64,000 bases of DNA. It comes from an uncultured bacterium. GTDB taxonomy: Bacteria > Muiribacteriota > UBA6191. The stretch is taken from assembly GCA_964503595.1 (NCBI GenBank), contig CAZDAM010000002.1:9335-73334 (forward strand), written 5' to 3'. The notes under the pieces were generated by a model. That model was given only the letters and a program-made list of their open reading frames with translations. It had not been told where the DNA came from and did not search any database. Positions 55,768 to 64,000 of this stretch are shown here, piece by piece; position 1 is the stretch's first letter; each line of letters begins with the position of its first letter. A program made the position numbers and the translations under genes.

Positions 55768-56780
55768 TAGAGAATCCGGGCAAATATCGCCAAAGCCAGG
55801 GCCAGAAGGCAGCCCAGAAGTGCGCCAGCCAAGGGAAGCTTTTCGGGAGCGATCCCATAGAGAATACGGCTGTCCCTGGCCCAAAGGGCGACTGCCGCAT
55901 GCTTCAGACCACTGGCCGGGCGAGCCAGAACAGAAAACCGCTCACCTTCTTCGAGAACCGCTGTTCTCAAAAGCAGGGCCCGCCTGAAAGCCTCGGCCAG
56001 ATCTGCATTGTGCTCCTCCCTGAAAGGGAAAAGCTGGAGGATATTGCCATCGGGATCAGAAAACACGGCAGCTCGCCCAAGATCATCCTGAATCGCGGAA
56101 CGGGAAGCAAAATAATCTCTGGAGTAATTGAGCAGGTCGATTTCGGCCAGAAACAGCCCCCTCACACATTCTTCGGCCCCGGTCCCCCTGGTCACAGCTG
56201 CAGGGCAGCGCTTGTGGATCACATTCCAGTAGAAAAGAGAAGGAGAACCCAGAAAGGAAAGCTCATGAAACTGCCCGGGTTCGGTGAGCTCCCCCAGACC
56301 ACTTCCCTTCATCAGCATCCCCACCATACCCTGAAGCTTGGCATCTCCCTCTTCCCGGTATTCCCTGCTACGCTTGAGAGCTTCTTTCGCCAGCATATCC
56401 AGAACTTTTTCCCAGATTGCGGCAGGTTTGTGAGAATCAAAGACTTCGCGAACCCGGACTTCCCCATCCCTGAAGTCCACGCTGGCAGACATAATCCTTA
56501 AAACAGAGTTCTGGGAATCTTCCTTGCGATCCGCGGCCCAGGCCTTACGCATCCCCGGACGGGAAAATTTCTGGACTTCGTCGGAAATATAGGCTTGCCG
56601 GATCTGTTCTTTCAAACCACCTAATCCGTCATGAAACCCCCGCGCCAGACTTTCAGACTCCAGAAGATAATCTTTAACAGAGGTACGGACCGACTCCAGC
56701 TCCAGAGCGCTACCTGCAAGCCAGCCCAGACCAGCCGCCGGAAGCGTCGCCAGAATCCAGAAAATGACGGTTCTTAGCAT
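55740..56780 (-). CDS. Membrane-anchored hypothetical protein (N- and C-terminal TM helices)
   Basis: ORF with hydrophobic termini; no motif. Confidence 0.4.
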   Translation of the reverse strand: MLRTVIFWILATLPAAGLGWLAGSALELESVRTSVKDYLLESESLARGFHDGLGGLKEQIRQAYISDEVQKFSRPGMRKAWAADRKEDSQNSVLRIMSASVDFRDGEVRVREVFDSHKPAAIWEKVLDMLAKEALKRSREYREEGDAKLQGMVGMLMKGSGLGELTEPGQFHELSFLGSPSLFYWNVIHKRCPAAVTRGTGAEECVRGLFLAEIDLLNYSRDYFASRSAIQDDLGRAAVFSDPDGNILQLFPFREEHNADLAEAFRRALLLRTAVLEEGERFSVLARPASGLKHAAVALWARDSRILYGIAPEKLPLAGALLGCLLALALAIFARILYQSQPVSRG

Positions 56781-56840
56781 TGTTCCCTCATGCAGGTCAT
56801 GTTAGCATAATTCAGTTTTTTAAGATGGAGGTCTGTCCTG

Positions 56841-57191
56841 ATGTCAAATCCATTGATTATTCGCCGTGAAGAAGCCGCAGATAAAGGCGCTGTTGTTCTG
56901 GAGCTGAAGGGCCGTCTGGATATGACTGTCCTGGAAAACTTCAAGAATCTGTTTTCCGATGAATTCTCGGCTGGCAATCACAAACTGGTCCTGAATTTTG
57001 CCGGCATCAGCTTCATTGTGTCTACCCACCTGGGTGTGATCATGTCAAGCTACAAAACCGCTCAGTCCAAAGGTGGCGATATCAAGTTCACCAATCTGAC
57101 TGAAGAGGTATACGGAATTTTTGATCTGCTTCAGCTCACCAGCATTCTGAGCATTCACAAATCCGAGGAAGATGCCCTGGCTGAATTCTGA
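56841..57191 (+). CDS. STAS-domain anti-sigma-factor antagonist (SpoIIAA-like)
   Basis: 116 aa; LELKGRLDMTVLENFKN...LVLNFAGISFIVSTHLGVIMSSYK...GGDIKFTNL with the Ser/Thr phospho-site region typical of SpoIIAA/RsbV. Confidence 0.75.
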   Translation: MSNPLIIRREEAADKGAVVLELKGRLDMTVLENFKNLFSDEFSAGNHKLVLNFAGISFIVSTHLGVIMSSYKTAQSKGGDIKFTNLTEEVYGIFDLLQLTSILSIHKSEEDALAEF

Positions 57192-57208
57192 TTTCCCGGT
57201 TCTTTTTC

Positions 57209-57556
57209 ATGAATGCATCCATAGTGACGCTTTTTTTCATTCTGGTGAAAACACATGAACTCACTCTTCTGACAATTCCATTCCAGGCTTCTCTGGCAGA
57301 GCTGATTCGCGATATTGACCTGTCAATCCCAGGTGAAAATGAAGACGTTTACGAGAAACAAACCCGGGTAGTCAAATTGGATTACTCCCACGTTCAAGAC
57401 GCCGTTTTCTATCCACAGAGAGCAAAAATCCCGAAGATGCTGAAAAAGGAAATGACCTTTGAAACCAGGCATTTCACTCAACTGAATGAAAAAGCCCAGC
57501 ACATATCAGTGAGTCAAGCCGGTTCAAATCAGATTTCGAGTTCAAGGCCCTCATAG
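57209..57556 (+). CDS. Hypothetical small protein
   Basis: ORF only; 3' end overlaps the convergent MBL gene. Confidence 0.25.
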   Translation: MNASIVTLFFILVKTHELTLLTIPFQASLAELIRDIDLSIPGENEDVYEKQTRVVKLDYSHVQDAVFYPQRAKIPKMLKKEMTFETRHFTQLNEKAQHISVSQAGSNQISSSRPS

Positions 57557-58485
57557 GCTCCGGTCAGCTTCAAATCACGATTGCCCGCAACGGCCCTGTA
57601 TTTGATCGCTTCTTCAATGATCTGATCGATCTTGGAATCATCGTAGGAAGGTTCATGATGAAAGAGAAAAAGCTCCTTCACATTGGCTGAAGTCGCAATA
57701 TCAATTCCGGTAAAGACCGAAGAATGCCCCCAGTCCATCTTGCTGATACAGTCGGCAAAAGTGAACTGACAGTCGAAGATGAAGGCATCTGCATCCTTGC
57801 AGAAATCAACGGCATTCTGAATCAGCTGCATATTGGTGAGGTTGAATTCAGAGTCTGTCATATAGACAATTTTCTTGCCGTTCTTCTGAATCACAGAAAA
57901 AGCATGGGTCACCTGGGGGTGATAAAGCCTTTCATTGCCAATCGATACGTTCTTATCCAGCTCCAGAATAGAAGATTCCTGCAGCTCCTCAAAATCGAAG
58001 CTGGCTGCAAGGTGTTCAAAAAGTACCGGAAAATAAGGGTAGGACATCTGGCTTTTAAACTTCTTTTCCAGATCCGAAATGACCCCTTTCACATGAATTT
58101 TATTGCCCGGAATGTAAGCCGGAACGAAAAAAGGAAAACCCTGAATATGATCCCAGTGCAAATGAGATAAAAAGAGCCACAGCTCTGCCTGTCCCTTCCC
58201 ACAGGGACCGCCAAGCAAAGCTCCCGCCAGGTTCTTGATCCCTGTACCTGCATCGAAAATCAGACTATGCCCGTAGTCTGTTTCGACCTGAACGCAGCTT
58301 GTGGAGCCCTTGTACGTGCCAATACTGCTGTGAGGCTGGCGATTCAGAAAATTCTCGACAGCTTCTTCACTGCCCAGATCTTCCGGTTTTGCGGCCATGA
58401 GGAGGCGCTTCGCCTTGTCGCGAATCTGGGAGGACGTGCAGGGAGAGGCTATTGAGCCCGACACTCCCCAGAATTTCAGCTTCAA
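57529..58485 (-). CDS. MBL-fold metallo-hydrolase
   Basis: FLSHLHWDHIQGFPFF (HxHxDH motif) and downstream His/Asp ligands. Confidence 0.7.
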   Translation of the reverse strand: MKLKFWGVSGSIASPCTSSQIRDKAKRLLMAAKPEDLGSEEAVENFLNRQPHSSIGTYKGSTSCVQVETDYGHSLIFDAGTGIKNLAGALLGGPCGKGQAELWLFLSHLHWDHIQGFPFFVPAYIPGNKIHVKGVISDLEKKFKSQMSYPYFPVLFEHLAASFDFEELQESSILELDKNVSIGNERLYHPQVTHAFSVIQKNGKKIVYMTDSEFNLTNMQLIQNAVDFCKDADAFIFDCQFTFADCISKMDWGHSSVFTGIDIATSANVKELFLFHHEPSYDDSKIDQIIEEAIKYRAVAGNRDLKLTGAYEGLELEI

Positions 58486-58937
58486 GGATTCGTCCTTTCT
58501 TCAAGCCAGTTCGGGCATTCTACATTTAGAGTATTATAGGAATCCAGACTCAGCAGTTCAAGCAAATGCGACAGGATATCAGGGCGAAACTCCAACTCCT
58601 GGGGTTTATCCACAAAACGATATCCGGTCACTCTGGTATCTTCGCCGGTAATTCTGGGTTCATCCTCACTGAATACCTCAAAGATCAGATGCAGAATATT
58701 GCGTTTTCCTTCCGGATGTATGGACTGAGCCACAGAAATCAGGCATCCAACTTCAACATGCATGCCGAGCTCTTCCTGAAACTCCCGGGCAAGATCCTCC
58801 TTGATGGAATCCGCTCCCCCGTCAGCTCCGCCTCCGGGAAGCAGTAAGGTACTGACTCCGTTCTTGGTATGCTCTGCTGCCAGAAATTTTCCACCACGCT
58901 TCAAAAAACCGGCGACCCGGACTCTGAGATTCTTCAT
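58482..58937 (-). CDS. NUDIX hydrolase
   Basis: Nudix box GGGADGGADSIKEDLAREFQEELG (Gx5Ex7REUxEExGU); 4-bp overlap with the downstream MBL gene. Confidence 0.75.
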   Translation of the reverse strand: MKNLRVRVAGFLKRGGKFLAAEHTKNGVSTLLLPGGGADGGADSIKEDLAREFQEELGMHVEVGCLISVAQSIHPEGKRNILHLIFEVFSEDEPRITGEDTRVTGYRFVDKPQELEFRPDILSHLLELLSLDSYNTLNVECPNWLEERTNP

Positions 58938-59070
58938 ATCTTCATTCTAGCACTCTCAAAACCTCCTTCCGTTTCATTTCATGCCAGTCACCGACAATTT
59001 TCAGAACAGGCTCCATGTTCTGTTGAACTAAAGTGGAAAGGAGCCCTGGAAGTCCCAGGCTCCCTTTATA

Positions 59071-60192
59071 ATGAAATCCATTTTCAATAAACCAATCGTT
59101 CCCATCAGGAAATCTATGGCCATACCCAAACTTCTCGGACTTCTGTTTACCCCTGCCCTGGCTTTTTTCATCTGGTATTCCGGTGCTCTTGGAAACAAGC
59201 AGGAAATCGGAGGACTTGAAGCCAGAAAACCCGCATCCCAAATGCAGGTCAGAGTCGTTGTCAAACCTGTTCTTGAGATGCACGATGCGAAAACCTTCCG
59301 TTCGGTTGGGACAGGACGGGCCCATAAATCCGTTAGTCTGCATCCCCCGGTATCCGAGGAAATTTTAGAAGTCCTCTTCAAGGGGGGGGAAAGTGTCAAA
59401 CAGGGACAGGTTCTGGTTCGACTGGATGATCGGGATGAAAAACTGGCCGTAGAACTTGCTCAGGTTCGCTTGAACGAAGCCCGGGTTCTCTTGAAGCGCT
59501 ATGATTCCGCAGCCAAGGGAAATGCGATTGCCGAAAACGAGGTCGTTGCGGCCAGAGCTGCCGTCGATGTTGCCGAAGTCGTCCTCAAGCAGGCCCAGCT
59601 TGCCCTGACCCAGAGAACCGTGCTGGCCCCGTTTGACGGAACCGTTGGTATCCCAAGAGTGGATCCGGGGGATCGGATCACAGCCAGTACAGAAATTGCC
59701 CCCTTAGATGATCAAAGCCGGATTCAGGTTGATTTTGAAATTCCGGAAATCCTGATTGATTCCATCAAACCCGGAATGAAGGTCTTTGCCAGGACTCCAG
59801 CCTTCCCCGATGAACAGTTTGCCGGGACAGTCGAAGCCATCAATACCAGAGTCGATCCCCTGACCAGAACCATCCAGCTCAGAACCCTGATTCCCAATCC
59901 CAGGGACCGCCTCAAATCGGGAATGTCCTTTGAAGTCAGTCTCGATTTCACCGGAGCGACCTACCCATCCATTCCGGAAATCGCCCTCAAGTGGAGCCGG
60001 GAAGGTTCTTATGTCTGGGTCGTGCGCGAAGGAAAGTCCCACAAGGTCATGGCCCGTGTCATTGCCCGCTCCCGTGGCTATGTCATGGTAGAAGCTGAAC
60101 TCAAGGCTGATGAGCCTGTCGTCGTCGCCGGAGCAGAGCGCTTAAGAGACGGGCGGGAAGTGCTCACCGGACAACTGAAAGTTCAGGAGTAG
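59071..60192 (+). CDS. RND efflux periplasmic adaptor (membrane fusion protein)
   Basis: Lipoyl/alpha-hairpin/beta-barrel layout (QVLVRLDDRDEKLAVELAQVRLNEARVLLKRY...); precedes the RND permease with a 4-nt gap; contains an in-frame G8 tract. Confidence 0.8.
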   Translation: MKSIFNKPIVPIRKSMAIPKLLGLLFTPALAFFIWYSGALGNKQEIGGLEARKPASQMQVRVVVKPVLEMHDAKTFRSVGTGRAHKSVSLHPPVSEEILEVLFKGGESVKQGQVLVRLDDRDEKLAVELAQVRLNEARVLLKRYDSAAKGNAIAENEVVAARAAVDVAEVVLKQAQLALTQRTVLAPFDGTVGIPRVDPGDRITASTEIAPLDDQSRIQVDFEIPEILIDSIKPGMKVFARTPAFPDEQFAGTVEAINTRVDPLTRTIQLRTLIPNPRDRLKSGMSFEVSLDFTGATYPSIPEIALKWSREGSYVWVVREGKSHKVMARVIARSRGYVMVEAELKADEPVVVAGAERLRDGREVLTGQLKVQE

Positions 60193-60196
60193 GGCC

Positions 60197-63100
60197 ATGC
60201 CATATCAGGAATCCCTGGCATCTCTTGCCATCCGCCGCCCCGTCCTGATGGTCGTGATCAACCTTCTGGTCATGGTCGCTGGAGCCGCCGCCCTCATGAA
60301 TGTGGAGATTCGGGAGCTTCCCGATGTGGATCGTCCCCAGATTACGGTCAGGGCAAGCTATGACGGAGCATCCCCGGAAACTCTGGACACAGAGGTAACA
60401 AGCGTTCTGGAGAGCGCCATTGCCCGAGTGCAGGGAATTAAAACCATGCGCTCCGGCAGTGAGGAAAACAGCTGCCGGGTCCGGGTGGAACTCCAGCCTG
60501 GGGTGAATATCAATGATGCCGCCAACGACATCCGTGAAGCCGTCAGCCGCAACCAGAGACAGCTTCCGGAAAACGTCGAGAATATTTTCGTCATCAAGGC
60601 CAATGACGATGCCGAGGCCATCATTCAGCTTGCCGCCATCAGTGATTCCCTGACCAAGGAAGAACTCGCAAAAAGGGTGGAAAAGGATGTCATCCCGGCC
60701 CTGATGGCCGTACCAGACATTGCCGAAGTCCGCTTAAGCGGAAACCAGCAGCGCGTGCTCAGAGTTCTTCTGAACCCTGCCCGCATGTCAAGCCTCAAGG
60801 TATCCGTGGCTGAAGTTGCCCAGACTCTGAGAAACGCCCGCCTGGACGTTCCTGCCGGAAGTTTTGAATCCATCGAGCAGGATTTTCTGGTCCGCGCCAA
60901 TGCAACTGTAGTCGATCCGGATCTGCTGCTGAAACTCTATATCCGGGAAAATGTCCGGCTCGGTGACATTGCCACCGCCTTCTTCGGCCCTGAAGACACC
61001 GAGTCCTACGCCCGTCTCAACGGCCACCTGGTTATCGGACTTGATATTGTCAGACAGGCCGGGGGCAATACGATTGCCATTTCCGACGGAGTGAAAGTCG
61101 TCCTCAGGGATCTCAACGAACGTCTCAACGAACTGGAAATCTTCACTACTGCCGACGATGCTGAATTCATCCTGGGAGCTATCGAAGAAGTCATTTCCAG
61201 TCTGCTGATTTCCGTTCTTGTGGTTGTTCTGATCATTGCCCTCTTCATTGGCCAGTTCTTTGCAACCCTCGTTCCGGCCGTCACCATTCCCATCGCCCTG
61301 ATCGGAACCTTTGCCGCCATCTGGCTCATGGGACTCTCGATCAATCTTCTGACCCTGCTTGCCATGGTGCTGGCAACCGGCCTGATTGTGGATGATGCCA
61401 TTGTTGTCCTTGAGAACATCCAGCGCCACCGAAGACACGGAGCCGGCCCCCTGGCCGCAGCTGTTGCCGGGACCAATCAGGTTTTTTTCGCCGTCATTGC
61501 AACCACCGTTACCCTGGCCTCCGTGTTTTTGCCGATTGCCTTCCTGCCCAGTGAGACCGGTCAGCTCTTCCGGGAGTTCGGGCTGGTCCTGGCCATTGCT
61601 GTCAGCATCAGCTCATTTGTAGCCCTCACTCTATGCCCCATGCTGGCCTCCCGCCTGCCCAATGCCAGAGAAAATCACCCTCTTTTCAAACCAGTTCGCC
61701 GGCTTCTTGAAGATTCAGGAGATGAATTCTCCTCTCTTTACTCAAGGAGCCTCAAATTCTGCCTCAAATTCCGTTACCCGGTTCTGTTCGTCTGTATTCT
61801 TCTGTCCCTCTTCAGCCTCGATCTTCTCAAACACCTGCCCCAGGAGCTCCTGCCCGAGGAAGACAGAGGGGTTCTAAGGGTTATGGCCACCGGTCCTGAT
61901 GGCTCTTCCCTTCTGTTCAGCGATGGGATGAGTGAGCAGGTTGAAGCTATTCTGAAACCTTATCAGGACGCAGGAATCATTGACACCATGTACACCACCA
62001 TTGGGCAGTGGGATAAAAACCGGGCCTATACCGTTGCCACCCTCAAACCCTGGAAAGAACGTACTGTGTCCCAAATGGAGTTAAGCCAGGCCATCCAGAA
62101 TGAAACCGACAAACTGGCAGGCATTCAGGTCATGATCCGAAATGCCAACAGCCTGGGCATCCGGGGGGCTGGAGGTGGCGGGCTCGAACTTGCCATCACC
62201 GGCGACAATTTCCCCAATATCCTGACAGCCGCCGAAAAACTGGCCGAAACCGTCGAAAAGGAAATCCCCTCCATCACCCGTACCCGGGTCATGTTTGACA
62301 CCTCCCAGCCAGAACTCTCCTTTTCGATTGACCGGGACAAGGCTACCGACCTCAAAGTCTCTGTCGAAGCTATTTCCCAGACCCTCAGAGCCATGGTGGA
62401 CGGCTATGAAGTCACCGATTTCAATATTGATGATGAAGGGGTGCCCGTCATTCTGGGCTCCATGGAAGGCAGCATCAAGGATCCTCAGGATCTTCTGAGC
62501 CTTTACATTCCCAATCAGGATGGGGAGCTGATTTCTCTTCTGGCCTTCGTGAGCATTGAAGAAAGCGGCGTGGCTGCCGAGCTCAACCGCCACGAACAAA
62601 GGCGGGCCATTGAAATCAGAATCGATCTCAAAGCCGATGCCGTACTATCCGAAACCATGCAACAGGTACAGCAGATTGGAAACAGAATTCTGCCCTCCGG
62701 TACAGCCATCCTGTTTCTGGGAGATGCCGCCGATCTCGAACAGGCCAGCCACGATGTGGCCATTACCTTCGGCCTGGCACTTCTGATTGTTTTTCTGGTG
62801 CTTGCCGCCCAGTTTGAGAGCATTGGCAGTGCCCTGATCGTGATCTTCACTGTGCCCTTCGGTCTGGCTGCCGCCGTCTATGCTCTTGCCCTGACCGGCC
62901 AGTCCATCAATCTCTATTCCCAGATCGGCCTGATCATGCTTGTGGGCCTGATCACCAAAAATGCCATTTTGCTGGTAGAGTTCATGGATCAGCTCAGGGA
63001 AAAAGGTCTCAGTGTTGAAGACTCCATCATTCGTGGAGTCAAAGTCCGCTTCCGGCCCGTCATGATGACGGTCTTATCCACCGTAATCGGAAGCCTTCCC

Positions 63101-63316
63101 CTGATTTTAAGCACCGGCCCCGGCAGTGAAGCCCGTTCCGCCATTGGCTGGGTTGTCTTCGGAGGACTCGGCATGGCAACTTTCTTCACCCTCTACCTGA
63201 CTCCTGTTGGCTACGCTCTGATTGCCCCTCTCTTCAAACCCAGAAGCTATGCTGAAGATGATCTGAATCAGCAGATGCAGAATCTGGTTCTTGTTGATGA
63301 AACTGATGAGGCCTGA
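60197..63316 (+). CDS. RND family efflux permease (AcrB/HAE1-like, 1039 aa)
   Basis: 12-TM, two-large-loop architecture; conserved TM4 segment GLIVDDAIVVLENI and TM10-11 motifs. Confidence 0.9.
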   Translation: MPYQESLASLAIRRPVLMVVINLLVMVAGAAALMNVEIRELPDVDRPQITVRASYDGASPETLDTEVTSVLESAIARVQGIKTMRSGSEENSCRVRVELQPGVNINDAANDIREAVSRNQRQLPENVENIFVIKANDDAEAIIQLAAISDSLTKEELAKRVEKDVIPALMAVPDIAEVRLSGNQQRVLRVLLNPARMSSLKVSVAEVAQTLRNARLDVPAGSFESIEQDFLVRANATVVDPDLLLKLYIRENVRLGDIATAFFGPEDTESYARLNGHLVIGLDIVRQAGGNTIAISDGVKVVLRDLNERLNELEIFTTADDAEFILGAIEEVISSLLISVLVVVLIIALFIGQFFATLVPAVTIPIALIGTFAAIWLMGLSINLLTLLAMVLATGLIVDDAIVVLENIQRHRRHGAGPLAAAVAGTNQVFFAVIATTVTLASVFLPIAFLPSETGQLFREFGLVLAIAVSISSFVALTLCPMLASRLPNARENHPLFKPVRRLLEDSGDEFSSLYSRSLKFCLKFRYPVLFVCILLSLFSLDLLKHLPQELLPEEDRGVLRVMATGPDGSSLLFSDGMSEQVEAILKPYQDAGIIDTMYTTIGQWDKNRAYTVATLKPWKERTVSQMELSQAIQNETDKLAGIQVMIRNANSLGIRGAGGGGLELAITGDNFPNILTAAEKLAETVEKEIPSITRTRVMFDTSQPELSFSIDRDKATDLKVSVEAISQTLRAMVDGYEVTDFNIDDEGVPVILGSMEGSIKDPQDLLSLYIPNQDGELISLLAFVSIEESGVAAELNRHEQRRAIEIRIDLKADAVLSETMQQVQQIGNRILPSGTAILFLGDAADLEQASHDVAITFGLALLIVFLVLAAQFESIGSALIVIFTVPFGLAAAVYALALTGQSINLYSQIGLIMLVGLITKNAILLVEFMDQLREKGLSVEDSIIRGVKVRFRPVMMTVLSTVIGSLPLILSTGPGSEARSAIGWVVFGGLGMATFFTLYLTPVGYALIAPLFKPRSYAEDDLNQQMQNLVLVDETDEA

Positions 63317-64000
63317 TGGAGTTTTTCTCGTCGGCTCACAGCTGCCGGCTCATGAAATCGTCCTGGTGGAAGGATTCTGCGGCTTTCTGGAGGCTCTGAC
63401 GGATCCTTCCTATTCGGGACAGATTCTGTTCTTCACCCATCCGAATCCAGGAACCCATCCCCTCGAAGAACAGTGGCAAAGTCAACAGATTCAGGCCAGC
63501 GGAGTCATTGCCATTGCTCCCGAAGTCCATTTGCTTGAATTCTGCAAACACTGGGGCCTTCCTCTCTTCCAGCCTCATCAACCCCTGAAATGGATTTATG
63601 AGCTGCGCACCCCAAAGAGTATGGATAGCCCTCAACCCGGAAAGCTCCTCCCGCGTGCCTCCCTTGAAGAGCTAAGCCACTTTGCCGGTTTTTATGGAAA
63701 TGGACCCGGAAACCCGTTTTCCCTGCAAAATGAGATTCAGGAAATCCAGAAGCTTCTCTCCCTGAAACAGCCCTTCCTTGGAATCTGCCTGGGGTTTGAA
63801 CTTCTCGCCCTTGCTCTTGAGCTTAAAGTGGAAAAGCTGGAGTTTTCTGAACATGGTTCCCGCTTTGCCGTTTTAGAAAAGCCCTCAAACCGGATCTGGC
63901 AGGTTGCCCAGAACCATGGCTATGGAGTCCCGGTTCAGCCTCTTCCAGACGGGTGGGAAATCTGGTTTGAAGATGTCTGGCCAGGATATATTCAGGGGCT
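63306..64000 (+). CDS. carA: Carbamoyl-phosphate synthase small-subunit (CarA)-like glutamine amidotransferase, 5' partial (runs off the window)
   Basis: Own translation of the open frame from ATG 63306: EALTDPSYSGQILFFTHP (CPSase_sm N-domain), later GNGPGNP and GICLG (catalytic Cys; the His/Gln after it are replaced by F/E) and AQNHGYGV; the region between the N-domain and GATase core is much shorter than E. coli CarA as recalled. Confidence 0.5.
   Translation, partial: MRPDGVFLVGSQLPAHEIVLVEGFCGFLEALTDPSYSGQILFFTHPNPGTHPLEEQWQSQQIQASGVIAIAPEVHLLEFCKHWGLPLFQPHQPLKWIYELRTPKSMDSPQPGKLLPRASLEELSHFAGFYGNGPGNPFSLQNEIQEIQKLLSLKQPFLGICLGFELLALALELKVEKLEFSEHGSRFAVLEKPSNRIWQVAQNHGYGVPVQPLPDGWEIWFEDVWPGYIQG

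Noticed and set aside
63336-63854. Two minus-strand ORFs (99 aa and 60 aa) near the window end
   Set aside because: Lie inside the plus-strand CarA-like reading frame, which shows conserved CPSase/GATase motifs.

Overview
The window is a gene-dense bacterial chromosomal segment of roughly 50% GC (estimated by eye). It contains no rRNA, CRISPR array, integrase or transposase.

Gene content, mostly from motifs recognised in the supplied translations:
- Ferrous iron uptake: FeoA-domain protein and FeoB.
- Two type II toxin-antitoxin cassettes: Phd/YefM-Doc, and a RelE/ParE-family toxin with a small antitoxin.
- A secreted 748-aa protein carrying a near-perfect internal tandem duplication (2 x 486 bp).
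- FolC.
- A 9-kb co-directional flagellar block: fliD, a hypothetical, a Maf/DUF115-like protein, fliS, a GNAT acetyltransferase, a Wzy_C-like polytopic protein with TPR repeats, a TPR lipoprotein and an outer-membrane beta-barrel. A sigma-28-like promoter sits in front of fliD.
- HflX.
- An orphan PduS-like (RnfC-type Fe-S flavoprotein) plus PduT-like (tandem-BMC shell) pair directly downstream of rsmG, with no other microcompartment genes visible.
- tRNA-Pro and tRNA-Gly on the minus strand.
- FliW-CsrA.
- A long minus-strand array: divergent dnaN translationally coupled to a HEAT-repeat::adenine phosphoribosyltransferase fusion, then a HEAT protein, LptD-like protein, stand-alone FliG, an outer-membrane barrel, a cupin and a VOC epimerase.
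- A secreted protein / C39-like peptidase split by a C8 homopolymer frameshift.
- GT2 glycosyltransferases, MqnA-like futalosine-pathway protein, a HEAT-repeat::PilT ATPase fusion, SecG, a STAS anti-sigma antagonist, MBL and NUDIX hydrolases, an RND efflux pair, and a 5'-partial CarA-like gene at the window end.

The combination of solo fliG, fliW-csrA, abundant PBS-lyase HEAT proteins, a futalosine-pathway gene and a sigma-28 promoter suggests a spirochete, possibly a higher-GC Leptospiraceae-like organism. That is inference only.

The most unusual loci are the PduS/PduT orphan module, the dnaN-HEAT/APRT coupling, the HEAT-PilT fusion, the intragenic tandem duplication, and the possible flagellin-glycosylation/O-oligosaccharyltransferase-like cluster.
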